56,160 bases of DNA from Phoronis australis (lineage: Eukaryota > Animalia > Phoronida), in contig NMRA01000037.1 in assembly GCA_002633005.1 (NCBI GenBank), positions 857,664-913,823 of the forward strand. Reading direction: 5' to 3'. The position numbers were made by a program, and so were the translations under genes. A model generated the notes under the pieces. That model ran no database searches and had not been told where the DNA came from. It worked only from the letters and a program-made list of their open reading frames with translations. Positions 1 to 13,500 of the stretch are shown here, piece after piece (position 1 is the stretch's first letter; every line of letters begins with the position of its first letter).

Positions 1-645
1 GGGAATCGGTGGAGCGACCAGCACCGATCTATTTAGTTTCTAAAATGTCGACTGTTCGTAGCCGATAAAAATATTTGCAGCGTTGTGTACTTTTTCACTC
101 GTTCGAATCGCATACGAGAGAACCATGGTGACAACTTATAGAGAGTGAAACAAGAGAGAAGTAGATAAATATACAGAATTTTATTATGCGATATATATGA
201 AACACAGATCTACAAACTTACAACTCATCGCTAACTTCCGACGACATCGCAGCTTTAACTTTTAGCCCAAAGAATTTATAGACGGGAAGAATTCGCTAAA
301 AACGTCAAAGTCCAAATTTAAAAGGCCCAAACAGTTAGGTTGTTTGGTTGAGATTCCTTGCGGATAGAGTCGAGACCCGGCAGAATCCGAAGTTTTAGCG
401 TGGGGGCCCATTTTTATAGGCGTATTCGCACCGCGAATGTTCCAAATTACGCTAAAATAGGGGTCTCAAGATAAATGTGAAAAACCAATCAGAATAGAAC
501 TAAAAATTTCGTCATCGGAAGTTCCATATAAGGAATTGACCATCTTACACCCCTTTAAAATATAATAACACACTCTAGCTTCTGAAACTAATCTGATGAC
601 TCATCTTCACTCACGGCTCCACCAATAGACGGCGCTCCCGTCACA
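1..645 (-). mobile_element. LTR-like element end
   Basis: Homology with the duplicate block stops sharply at 647. On the - strand it starts TGTGAC and carries ATTGG (CCAAT), CCTATAAAA and a downstream AATAAA in LTR order. Confidence 0.5.
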
Positions 646-679
646 CTATGTAAAGTAAATTTTTCTGGTTTTGTTTCAG

Positions 680-842
680 CTGCCATTGTTAGTAAGTGGA
701 ACACGACTCTGTCTGGCCGAGACATAAGTCAACATGCTGATGTGGTCAAACTAGAATGTCTGGCTCCATTCCTGTTCAATGACGCTAAACAGGCAGACTG
801 TTGGATTACATGGGCGGAGCAATGTGGTTTACTGTTCAAGTG
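680..842 (+). CDS. TTC3: TTC3-like N-terminal exon, duplicate (probably allelic) copy of 4338-4500
   Basis: tttcag acceptor and gtaata donor; encodes IVSKWNTTLSGRDISQHADVVKLECLAPFLFN, similar to human TTC3 DICSIW...DAIKINIFWPLLF. Confidence 0.65.
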
Positions 843-879
843 GTAATATTTTGGGACTGTAATAGTAATATGTGACCAT

Positions 880-1219
880 CAGGGCCCTCAATCCCTCGTT
901 TACTGGGCCGAACATCCTCCCCATTCCCCTCTGAAAAATATTGAAAAGTCAAGCAAAATTTTCCTCTTGAGGCCCAAAAATTCGCATCAAGTAATACAAA
1001 AATTCCCCTCAAGGTTCAAATCCCTTGTAACTCACACAGGTGGCAATTTGAATGAGCACAATAAGTTAGTTTTGAGGCAGAGCCTATGAGGGCTTCCAAC
1101 AGGGTTGTGGGGTGTTATTGATGGTGACTTGGGGATGGGGGTAGAATATCCACCTCACTCCAAAAATCCCCCTCTCAGAAGGCTCACGCACCTTTTCCTT
1201 TGGGTGATCGAGGGCCTTG
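880..1219. mobile_element. MITE-like element (also at ~4538-4876)
   Basis: Imperfect TIR cagggccctcaatc ... gatcgagggccttg; no clear TSD. Confidence 0.45.
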
Positions 1220-1461
1220 ACAATATAAGCCATCTCTCTCTCCTTTGTGTTGAAGTGTATTGGTTAATTTGTGCTAGCACACACAATCAGTAAATTTTTA
1301 TACGAGAATAAGAAGGTGTATTTGGCTAGTTGGTTTGTTTGTCAGGAATGTCCATAGTGTACATTGACTGAAGAGGCACTATGTGTCTTTCATGTTCTCA
1401 AAAGCATGTCTATGATGTCAAGGTTGTGGAGGAGGTTATCGAAAACTCTGCATATTTATAT

Positions 1462-1550
1462 TTTCTACAAAACGACAGATTTTCACTCGGTAAAAGTTTA
1501 GACTTTCTACAAAACGACAGATTTTCACTCGGTAAAAGTTTAGACTTTCT
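1462..1550. repeat. 42-bp tandem repeat x2 (also ~5116-5204)
   Basis: tttctacaaaacgacagattttcactcggtaaaagtttagac repeated. Confidence 0.9.
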
Positions 1551-2527
1551 GAATAAAGAAAGCCTGAAGATTTTGGTTTTTTGACTTTTTACAATTACAC
1601 ATATATTGGGTCACGTGACTATACCTTTTGTAAAATTTTAAAAAAGAAATGTTTATGTAATCAAAATTTAATCTAATACGAGGGTTCGAGATCTCAAAAC
1701 AGTTATCTGAAATATCATTTTGTTTCAGTTTAATTCAAATTGAGGGTTTTTTCATGAAAATTATAGAAGTCTAATTTCTGGTATCTGCACGCTGCATAAA
1801 ACATAGTAGTTGAATATTTCAAGTGAATTCGATCAATCATTTCTGAGGTATAGTATTCCGAATTTAGCCAATTTTGGACAGTTTCTTGGTTCCTACATAG
1901 CCTTTACTAGTGTTGAGGTCAACACTGATATACCTCAAAAAGTGCTGACCTTTTCCTGTGGAATGTAAGGGTACATCCAATCAGTATCTATGAGATAATG
2001 TATCAAAATATGACCCAATTTTGATTAGCTGACATTTAGGCTGTCATGGTGTCAATGTCTCTATAGGTCAGTTCAGAAGAGCTTCGCCCAACAACGTGTG
2101 GGATTTAACCTTGCTATTGCAGCTGCACAGATTGTCCAAGCATTGCCTTTTTCTCAAGAGTCTTGTCCAATCACCACCTCGATTGTGTAATAACCTCTGA
2201 TGTTTTGGCAGGCTTCCAAGAAGGAGCTTATAAACTTTTTCAAAAATTGGTCACCCAAACGAAAAAACACAAAATTTTGCTTGTTTTAATGAATTCTAAT
2301 TTTCCAATTTTTTGAAAGGAACAAAACTATTCAATAGAAATTGACTTATATGGTTAAAGCTTTGTGGAAATATCATCCATTGGCAAAAATTTATTAAAAC
2401 TGTCATGAGTTCAACGGTTTTTAGGTCGCTCTGTATTGTCATTGTTGCCATATTCGGTTAATTTCAATATTTTCAATACTAGTTATTTTTAGTTTTTTAA
2501 ATTTCTTTTTTATGACATGCATAACTT

Positions 2528-3033
2528 CAGGGCTTGGAATTTTCTGCGGAAATGCGGATTTCCGCTTTTTTCAAATGTTTTGTCCACGCATTTTATTATA
2601 TTTCTGCGTAAAAAATCGGATTTGATATAAAACTTCCGCGGCAAATTCCTTTCTTACCGCGGCGTTGCCGATGACGTTCACCTCGAAAAGCGGAAATTGC
2701 TCTTTACGTTTCGGAGGAACGTAAATTGTCAACATTGCCGGGGCATCTGGGATAGCGTGGTGGGATTTTCAATGGCGTCTCGTGTGATTGTAAACCGCGG
2801 TGACAAATACTACGTCTCTGCAGCCAAAAATGTGTGGGGGTGGGAGTGGAGGAGTGGATGGACAAGATAAAAAGACGCAGAGGCATCCTACTGATGGTGG
2901 TTACCTTTTTTTTTTAGTCCTACCAATTTTTGTCGGCGAAAGGTTCCCATCAACTATTTCAAGGCTGGGTAGCGCGCATGTTTTGGGCCGTAAAAGTTTC
3001 CGCGTTTTTTGTCAATGGTCATTCCAAGCCCTG
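2528..3033. mobile_element. Non-autonomous DNA transposon (MITE), perfect 13-bp TIR and 7-bp TSD
   Basis: ATAACTT-[CAGGGCTTGGAAT...ATTCCAAGCCCTG]-ATAACTT; the empty site has a single ATAACTT at ~6209-6215. Confidence 0.9.
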
Positions 3034-3089
3034 ATAACTTATTCATCTGTACTGTCTTTATCATCATCATCTCATTCTTTCTTTGTCAG

Positions 3090-3177
3090 GGACACTAATT
3101 ATGAGGAATTGTCAAATGAAGACCTGAAAAAGGTAGAATTGATGGAACGAGCTTACCTAGTAGTTACCAATACTATA
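3090..3177 (+). CDS. TTC3: TTC3-like exon, duplicate (probably allelic) copy of 6265-6352
   Basis: gtcag / gtaagt boundaries; DTNYEELSNEDLKKVELMERAY, similar to human TTC3 LKKLQHLELMED. Confidence 0.65.
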
Positions 3178-4337
3178 GTAAGTTGGAGTGCATTGACTAC
3201 TGAACTTAATGGCATTATAACTGAGGCAACTGTTAAACCCCATTCCTCCCAACCCCTATGCAGTGGCTTTAAAATTGGAATAAATAAGAACCCTTCCCCT
3301 GAAGCGCTCAAATTGTATGTACATTCACAGTCCTTGAATAACATCTAACAAATTGTTATTTGGATTGTTTGTAACTGCAGTTGCATTTAAGATCTTTGGT
3401 CTAGGATGCGTTTCAGTTATTGAATTTTGGCGACATCTGTCAGATACCTTTGGGTCTTACCAAGCACTAATGTGACGTTGGGCTCCGGGATCTGGTTTTT
3501 TACCTTAAATCAAAATTCTGGCATTTGCTACTCTAGTTTTGTTTGAACTCAAGATTAGTGTGTAGTATCCTGTGCTAGGATACATAATGGATAACTTTCT
3601 AATCCTGGTTTGAAATTGATGACCTCAAAATTCAAGCTAAAAGTTAAGGTCTAAACTTGATTTTATTTAGTTTTTACCTTTAAATTAAATCTTGAGTTTT
3701 TACTTGAGTTAGCTGCACCAATATGCAAGTCATCAAGTACACACTTTGACATGACAATCATACATGCATAAAACATACTNACGTTCGTCATGTGTATGTT
3801 ATTAACTTCTTTTGTTCATCCTCACCACCATCTTCGTCATATTCGTCATCTTCGTCTTCATCTTCATCGTCATCTTTTTGGTTAATTTCGCCAAGGTTCG
3901 CTCCTCGGAGCGCTTTCATTGTTGGTTTAATTCCTCTGCTGCCTTCCAAACACTTCAGTTGCCATTGAAATGCCCATTTTTTTCTCTATGATTCGGTACA
4001 TACAGTAGGCACTAAAATAGTTGTACAGTATTCCCCAGATTTTCCTGTCTTAGTGACTGAGCTAAAGCAATTCATTGTCCTAGTATCTCATCTGTCAGTG
4101 AGATACAAGAATCTCTAAGTGGAAGTAATTGTGACTATGATCTTGCAAAGTCTCGCGTGACTGCGAGACTGCATTTTTGCCAGGCCCTTGTGTCTACAGA
4201 ACGCACGCCTGTTCACAAAATTGTAAACTTTCTGTGGTAATATTTTTACATGGTTTCTTATCTATCCAAAATGTTTCAGTTAGAATTTCGAGATGGGTTA
4301 TTATTATGTAAAGTAAATTTTTCTGGTTTTGTTTCAG

Positions 4338-4500
4338 CTGACATTGTTAGTAAGTGGAACACGACTCTGTCTGGCCGAGACATAAGTCAACATGCTGATG
4401 TGGTCAAACTAGAATGTCTGGCTCCATTCCTGTTCAATGACGCTAAACAGGCAGACTGTTGGATTACATGGGCGGAGCAATGTGGTTTACTGTTCAAGTG
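4338..4500 (+). CDS. TTC3: TTC3-like exon (first identifiable)
   Basis: AG/GT boundaries, phase 1 to 2, joins 6265 in frame (TG+G=Trp). Confidence 0.75.
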
Positions 4501-7500
4501 GTAATATTTTGGGACTGTAATAGTAATATGTGACCATCAGGGCCCTCAATCTCTCGTTTACAGGGCCGAACATCCTCCCCATTCCTCTCTAAAAAATATT
4601 GAAAAGTCAAGCAAAATTTCCCTCTTTAGGCCCAAAAATTCGCATCAAGTAATACAAAAATTCCCCTCAAGGTTCAAATCACTTGTTATAACACAGGTGA
4701 CAATTTGAATGAGCACAAAAAGTTAGTTTTGAGGCAGAGCCTATGAGGGCTTCCAACAGGGTTGTGGGGTGTTATTGATGGTGACTTGGGGGTGGGGGTA
4801 GAATATCTACCTCACTCCAAAAATCCCCCTCTCAGAAGGCTCACGCACCTTTTCCTTTGGGTGATCGAGGGCCTTGACAATGTAAGCCATCTCTCCTTTG
4901 TGTTGAACTGTATTGCTTAATTTGTGCTAGCACACACAATCAATAAATTTTTATACGAGAATAAGAAGGTGTACTTGGCTAGTTGGTTTGTTTGTCAGGA
5001 ATGTCCATGGTGTACATTGACTGAAGAGGTACTATGTATCTTTCATGTTCTCAAAAGCATGTCTATGATGTCAAGGTTGTGTAGGAGGTTATCGACAACT
5101 GCATATTTATCATATTTTCTACAAAACGACAGATTTTCACTCGGTAAAAGTTTAGACTTTCTACAAAACGACAGATTTTCACTCGGTAAAAGTTTAGACT
5201 TTCTGAATAAAGAAAGCCTGAAGATTTTGTTTTTTTTGACTTTTTACAATTACACACATATTGGGTCACGTGACTATACCTTTTGTAAAATTTTAAAAAA
5301 GAAATGTTTATGTAATCAAAATTTAATGAGGGTTCGAGATCTCAAAAACAGTTATCTGAAATATCATTTTGTTTCAGTTTAATTCAACTTGAGGGTTTTT
5401 TCACGAAAATTGTAAAAGTCTAATTTCTGGTATCCGCTCGGTGCATAAAACATAGTAGCTGAATGTTTCAAGTGAATCCGATCAATCCTTTCTGAGGTAT
5501 GGTATTCCAAATTTAGCCAATTTTGGACAGTTTTCTTGGTTCCTACATAGCCTTTACTAGTGTTGAGGTCAACACTGATATACCTCAAAAAGTGCTGAAC
5601 TTTTCCTGTGGAATGTAAGGGTACATCCAATAAGACAACATAGAAAATGCATTACATAACATGTTAGCAGTATCTATGAGATAAGGTATTGAAATATGAC
5701 CCGATTTTGATTAGCTGACATTTAGGCTATCATGGTGTCAATGTCTCTATGTGTCAGTTCAGAAGAGCATCACCCAGCAACATGTGGGATTTAACTTTGC
5801 TATTGCAGCTGCACAGATTGTCCAAGCATTGCCTTTTTCTCAAGAGTCTTGCCCAATCACCACTTCAATTGACTGTGTAATAACCTCTGATGTTTTGGCA
5901 GGCATCCAAGAAGGACCTTATAAACTTTTTCAGAAATTGGTCAGCCAAACAAAAAAATACAAAATTTGCATGTTTTAATGAATTCTAATTTTCCGATTTT
6001 TTGAAAGGAACAAAACAATTCAATGGAAATTGACTTATATGGTTAAAGCTTTGTGGAAATATCATCCATTGGCAAAAATTTTTTAAAACTGTCATGAGTT
6101 CAACGGTTTTTAGGTCGCTCTGTATTGTCATTGTTGCCACATTCGGTTAATTTCAATATTTTCAATAATAGTTATTTTTAGTTTTTTAAATTTCTTTTTA
6201 TGACATGCATAACTTATTCATTAATACTGTCTTTATCATCATCATCTCATTCTTTCTTTGTCAGGGACACTAATTATGAGGAATTGTCGAATGAAGACCT
6301 GAAAAAGGTAGAATTGATGGAAAGAGCTTACCTAGTGGTTACCAATACTATAGTAAGTTGGAGTGCATTGACTACTGAACTTAATGGCAATATAACTGAG
6401 GCAACTGTTAAACCCCATTTCACCCAACCCCTATGCAGTGGCTTTAAAATTGGAATAAATAAGAACCCTTCCCCTGAAGCGCTCATATTGTATGTACACT
6501 CACAGTCCTTGAATAACATCTAACAAATTGTTATTTGGATTTTTTTATAACTGCAGTTGCATTTAAGCTCTTTGGTCTAGGATGCGTTTCAGTTATTGAA
6601 TTTTGGCGACGTCAGTCAGATACCTGTGGGTCTTACCAAGCACTAATGTGACTTTGGGCTCCGGGATCTGGTTTTTTACCTTAAATCAAAATTCTGGCAT
6701 TTGCTACTCTAGTTTTGTTTGAACTCAAGATTAGTGTGTATTATCCTGTGCTAGGATACGTAATGGATAACTTTCTAATCCTGGTTTGAACTTGATGACC
6801 TCAAAATTCAAACTAAAAGTTAAAGTCTAAACTTGATTTCTTTAGTTTTTACCTTTAAATTAAATCTTGAGTTTTTACTTTAGTTAGCTGCACCAATATG
6901 CAAGTCATCAAGTACACACTTTGACATGACAATCATACATGCATAAAACATACTGTATTCGAGCACAAAATAACACTCACTTATCACGAGTTCCCACAAA
7001 ATTAGAAGAGAAAATAGCAAAAATAATTCTGAGCTCTATTCTGAGTACAAAGATTAGACCCCAGCCCTGATCTAAGCACGGATTGTTATTACAGAAAGGA
7101 AAAGATACGCCTGGCATGACTGTAATGCTGGACCTTCTTCAAGGTTGTGGGAGAAGTAGAAAAACTGCCAAAGATGTGCTGGTTTATGTGAGGGAGGAAA
7201 ACTCCAAGCTGTTGAAAAAATGGGTGTAAGTACTGTTAGAGAGGTTAGTGGTGTTTAGTTGGCTCTCAAGTGAGATTGCGTGGTTTAGTCACGATCGTGA
7301 GAGGCGATGAGGTTTAGATTGCTGTGAAAGTTGCGTAATCACTTGTTGAAAGTGTGTGTTGCGTAAGTTTTAGCAAGGAATATTTTTCTTTCTTAATCTA
7401 TCCTAATAGGAGATATTTCAAATTCTCTCAGTGGTGCGTTTTTATGCGCCCACATATTTATATGTGGACGCATTAAGCCGTCATCTCTGTCCGTCCGTCC

Positions 7501-10500
7501 GTCCGGGCGGCGTCCGGCGTCCGCTGCTCTATCTCCAAANNNNNNNNNNNNNNNNNNNNNNNNNNNNNNNNNNNNNNNNNNNNNNNNNNNNNNNNNNNNN
7601 NNNNNNNNNNNNNNNNNNNNNNNNNNNNNNNNNNNNNNNNNNNNNNNNNNNNNNNNNNNNNNNNNNNNNNNNNNNNNNNNNNNNNNNNNNNNNNNNNNNN
7701 NNNNNNNNNNNNNNNNNNNNNNNNNNNNNNNNNNNNNNNNNNNNNNNNNNNNNNNNNNNNNNNNNNNNNNNNNNNNNNNNNNNNNNNNNNNNNNNNNNNN
7801 NNNNNNNNNNNNNNNNNNNNNNNNNNNNNNNNNNNNNNNNNNNNNNNNNNNNNNNNNNNNNNNNNNNNNNNNNNNNNNNNNNNNNNNNNNNNNNNNNNNN
7901 NNNNNNNNNNNNNNNNNNNNNNNNNNNNNNNNNNNNNNNNNNNNNNNNNNNNNNNNNNNNNNNNNNNNNNNNNNNNNNNNNNNNNNNNNNNNNNNNNNNN
8001 NNNNNNNNNNNNNNNNNNNNNNNNNNNNNNNNNNNNNNNNNNNNNNNNNNNNNNNNNNNNNNNNNNNNNNNNNNNNNNNNNNNNNNNNNNNNNNNNNNNN
8101 NNNNNNNNNNNNNNNNNNNNNNNNNNNNNNNNNNTTCGTGACTATGAAGGAAAAGTTCCAAGTAGAAATTTGTTTCTGGCATTCTAATGCTGTGCTAATC
8201 TCGTATGTTGGTAAATTTGTTTTTAATTCTATGTTTCTGTGGTGCTTTAAGCAACTGGTGTATAGGATGTGCTTGTATTATGAAGGTTACTCACATTTTG
8301 CCCCTAGCCTATTGAGGAGACAATGTTCACGCCTTTCCATTTTGCTAAGTACAACATACATATGTGCCCTCTACTGGCCACTTTATGGTACCAATAAACA
8401 ACCCTACAGAGATACCGTTTGCGGTGCAATTGTGGGCGCATTTCAACGCTCTGCGTTGCTCTTGTTAATTATGGAGTTCAACATGTCGTGTTAGTTGTAA
8501 AGCCTGCATTGTTGATCTTTGTAGAAAAATCCTAGCTTAATAGTTAACGCATGTCTACTTATGTGTGCCCCCTAATTACACATGATGTCAATTCTGTTGT
8601 CAACGTTATTTGTAGACTTAAGGTGGATAGTCTGAACAAGTCGGATAAAGAAAATGCCACCTCACGCAAGGTGGATAAGGAAGATTTGACCCTCATGTCA
8701 TTATTGCTGGTTGCACAGCAGTGTAAGTGACTCATGGCCAGAGGCCAAGATTTGACCTTCATGGCATTATTGGTCACTTTATAGTGTAAGTGACTGGTGT
8801 TGACAGAGGTCCAACATTTGACACTCATGGCATCACTGCTGGTCGCACAGTCATGTAACTGGTTCTTATGACCAAGGGCCTCATTTGTTCAAGTAGTGGA
8901 TTAAGTCAGAACTTTCGCCTTGTGCTCCACCCATCTGTTTCTGAGAAGCATTTTTTAAATTACTTTTCAGACTAAAATCTCACAAAGGATCTGGGAATGT
9001 ACCCACAATAACTATCAGATAATTTGTGTAAATTATTGCAAAGCGCTGTGGAGAAAAAGGACACACAAAGTACAATCCTGCTGTTTAACTTTCCCTTCAG
9101 ATTAGCATTGATTGGATGCGTATGCTCAAGTTTTGTGTCTTGTTCTTCAGATTGCGAACACATAACAGAATGGGTGCAGTATAACAAAGATCTTGTTAAA
9201 CAGTTTGAAGAAGAACTGAAAAGTGCAGAGCAGGTAACGTTTTCCAGTCTGAAATTACGTGTAGATATGGATACAGGTAGAGGCAGGTCACTGATGAATA
9301 CAAGTACAAGCTGATAGAGCGTGAGCCAAATCATACGAGAATACTAACGCCTTTGTCGGGTCATTGATGTCACTTCGCGTTGTTTTATTCATAATAAATA
9401 CATGTCAAGGGATTGATAACCAACATAGAAAAAAATCTCCAAGATAACTAGGGATTTGTGTTTTTATTAAAGGTGTCGTAAAAATTGGTTGCTTTCCACT
9501 TGATGAACAGTTGTTTCCATGATAATGTTTTATCGTGAAAGGTTGTTGTCTGTTGTTTGTTCATATTCATAACACTTTTGTCATCAAATTCCTCGTTTTT
9601 ATTGTACTGCTGTATGTAACTGTTCATTGTCTTTTTTCAGAATTCCGAGATGATGAAAAATTCTGGCAATGATAATTTCAAGAAAGGAAACTACTTAAAA
9701 GCTATCACCAGTTATAACAAAGCTATTAATATAAAGTAAGGAATTTAAAATGGTTTTTGATTCTAAGAAAAATGCCAACAACTGCTAAATGTGTGTACGC
9801 TTTGTTCAACATTTAATTTCACATTTTGATATAAGGTCACAGCTTATACTGAACCCTTTTCAACAAAAACACGGTTCTTTAAGAAATGTGTCTCGGACAC
9901 TTGCCCACATGTGAAAGATACAGTAACTATGGTATTAAGATATCTCTAAAATTGCTCAAAACGTTCACTGGTTGAAGAATCTTAATTTTTTTGCTTGTTA
10001 AGTGTAATGTGCTGTTTTTACATAGTTTTGTTTTTTCTGGCCCGCGACTGATATTGTGTTTTTGCTTTTTTTACAGTAAGTATAGTCATATTCTGTACAG
10101 CAACAGAGCTCAGGCGTATCTGAAAAACGGGAAGTACAGAAAAGCACTTCTTGATGGCAAGCGTTCTGTCATTTTGAAACCAGACTGGCCAAAAGTGTGT
10201 AACCATATTTCTAGCTTATTGTTTGTCACATCATAGGGCTCTATGCCGAGATGTCTTTTGCTAATATGCATGCATGTCAGTAACATTTTTAGCATTGCAA
10301 CTGACTATGAAGCAGTATAAGTTCATCAGCAGTACTATAGTGAATGGTAAACCTGCATGTTTCCCAGTTATGCATGCTAAAAAGGAAAATTAAAGTAAAC
10401 ATTTTATTGTCACATAAAATCAGTCTCGTGTTGTTCCTTTCTTTAATACGATTCTATTTCCATTGCCAACAATATCAAAGCCATCAATGGTTGAAGAGTA

Positions 10501-13500
10501 CATTGAGGTCGGCCTGCCCTGAAATAGCTAATTTGAAAATGGTGCATGTACATATTACATGTGACTTCAGTTGGTCTCGGGAATAGAATTCCATAACTAT
10601 AAAAGGAATATCATGAGACTTATTTTATCAGAGTAAAATACGTCGTTTGATTTTCATCTTGAGCCTGCTAAACGGCGAAATGCAACTCATAGTGATTAGA
10701 GCGGCAACAGCACACTACTGAGGGAACAACTACCCTACACATGAATTATGGGAAATATCCCATAAGAAGAGAGGGCGCTGTTATATGCCAGTATGTGGCT
10801 ATCCCAATGTGTGCAACTTGTACGTCTACAATATTTTGTTCTAATATGATGGCTATCCAAAACGTTTTGTCATTAACTGGCCTGATTTGAGTGCGAGAAA
10901 GAGAGAAGGCAAAGCGTTTGCAATTCATATCGAGATATTTGTTTTCCTGGGAAGGATGCCTTATGCTGTACAAATGCCACATTGTTCATGAGTGTAACCG
11001 TCTTTCCCAGGGCTGGTACAGGTATGCTGAAGCGTACTTTGAGATGGGGTCGTTGGAAGAGGCCAAGGCGGTGAATGAGAGGGCGCAGGAGGCTTGTAAA
11101 AGTTCAGCTTCAGAGACTGGTGACCTACTTAAGCAGGCTGAAAAGATAAAAGGTTGGTCTAATGGGGTGTTATGTTCTGAAATGGTGAAAAAGTGGGGAG
11201 TAGTGTTGTACAGTGCTCTAGGATTTGGAAAACAGGTTTGATGGCCATTATTTTGTTTAGAAAATGGATTCTTAAAATGCATGATCCTGTAAGTATCTAT
11301 TGCCCTTTCTTTGATAGATTTTTTTCTCTAAAACAAACACAGGAAAAAGCGTTTGCTTGACTTAGTTATCCTAATATCGAGGTCCGCAGTCTAGTCAGAT
11401 AAACAATAAGCCATGCATTGCGCATCCATGAATCTTTGTTCAGTTTGTCAAATTTACTGGTCTTCACGTCGCAGCAAATAGTCCAGAAGTAACTCTAATA
11501 TGCTAACAGTTTGTAAAATATGAATAGGTAAATAAAACAACAAGAATGGATCAACTGAAGTTTTCGGATATATTAACAGAAACAGAAACAGAAATGAAGT
11601 AAAATCAAACACTATATGACTGTCAAAATTGACATTTAAGATGTGGCAAGTTAATCTGTCTTATTTTTTAATGGTTATAGTGTGTTGTTTTGTCTCGGGG
11701 TTATGTTAAACCCTAGAAAATGTCCAAATTTAGCTAACTTCTGAACATCCTATCTCATACATGGTTGATCAAATTTTCATGAAACTTTGAAATTTAGATG
11801 CTTTGCCTCATGTATTGTTGCACAAAATGTTGTTAGGAATAATTGTTATGAAAATGTTCCATGATCATGTGAGTCAATTAAAGGACACATTGATAAAATG
11901 TCAAAAAATCAAATTCAGCAGGTCCTATACATATTTTTACTGAGTTGATGTCTAGTTTTGTAGATCTTTGATTAAGTAAATAATTTATATAGACGCTGAG
12001 GTTGGCCAGTAGTGGTTCGATTCCCAGTTGGGGTTCCTGATTTTTCTGTGTTTATTTGATGTATTTGATTAAGTGCACCGGTTTGCTGATCAGGCCACGT
12101 GTAAATGTAATAAACAGCAATTTTCAAAACAATCAACGACCAGAAGCCACATGTGCTTTTTGCCGTAGCAAATCAATTTCTTACACGACTTCTACGTTTT
12201 AAGATAGGCTAGTGCTACCTGGGAATGACGATGATATCCCAGATCTGTGCGAGTCTGACAATTCTGAGTTGGATGACAGGGCACGTCGTTTAAAGGCAAA
12301 ACGCAGACGATCGTTCAGCTTATCCCCTCGCACACTGGGCATGCCAGCCCTGGTGGACGCTACAGACAGTGACACCTTGTGGTTTACAGACTCGGTGAGT
12401 CAGCTAACAACTTGTATGAAATTTTCCATGATTTGCAGTGGAGTGATCAGTTTAAGAAAATTGGAAAAATGACAATTTTAGCAATTATTTTTGTGCAAAA
12501 TAAATGGAGAATTGCCACACTTGAGTTCGTAGTGTTGTGTAGTTTTAATTTCACTGTTGTGTTGAAATCTTCCACTTGTGTTCGGTGTTAAATCTAGTGT
12601 TTCACCTCTGCGCTCTTTCACAGGACGATCCACCTGATCTTGTAACCGACTCGGACACAGCGGATGAGATGAAGGTATGCTGTTTAATAAACCATGACTG
12701 TCATCCCTGAAGGACATCTTTAGTGTTGCTACTATGTGCATCAATATAGCTATTGCTGTCACTTTTCTGTGGTCCTTGTTACATTTTAGCGCTAGTCACT
12801 GACACGGTCTTAAGGCTTCAAGAAATAAAATGAAAATGAATGCCTCCTACAAAAGTTACGCAGCACTGTATGATGGACTAGTAGAAATTCATTTTGTCAA
12901 AGTATTCAATTTAAATAACTGTATCCAGTTTTACCGTTATTGGTGTGGTTTGTACTTTGCAACAACTTTTTGGGAAAATTTTAAGCGCTTATAACAATGC
13001 TGTATACCTGTTTTAAAGTAGAAAAAGATCATGGCTATTTTAGATATTCTGAAAATTTTTTACTGTACATATATTATTATTATTATTATTTATTATTATT
13101 TATTATTGTTATTGTTATTGTTATTTATTATTATGTTCATTGTGTTCATGTGTTCATCTTGCCCCAGTGATTTTGCTGCCCTGTTGAAAGACTTGTGTGC
13201 TCGCTGTATACTTATAGGTGGACGTAGATGACGAGATTCGTAGTGAGCTTCAACAGAACCTGAGGCAAGGTTCTCAAGCCCTGCTTGACGAGCGGTTCCG
13301 GTCTGCACACAGGGACTACAGCAAGGGTCATGTTCTATTAGAAAAACATACTTACCAGGTAATATGGAATGAAGTTTGGGTCACTGCAGTGTAAAAACTG
13401 TGGTAATAACTTGATATAAAGTGCCCGCATTTTGAGAACCAGTTTTCTCTGAATAACGGGCATCAAATGGTTCTCAAAATGTGGGCACGATACATCAGAC

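Larger units (their letters stand above)
647..3779. repeat. ~3.1-kb block duplicated at 4305-6954 (probable second haplotype)
   Basis: High colinear identity with scattered SNPs/indels; ends exactly at the single N at 3780. Confidence 0.9.
4305..6954. repeat. second copy of the 647-3779 block
   Basis: Same sequence without the 506-bp MITE. Confidence 0.9.

Noticed and set aside
4084-4236. Possible upstream TTC3 exon (open frame SVSEIQESLSG...)
   Set aside because: Available donors give a phase incompatible with exon 4338, and no homology is recognised.
7431-8182. Long ORFs 7431-8141 and 7529-8182
   Set aside because: They are runs of X from the assembly gap.
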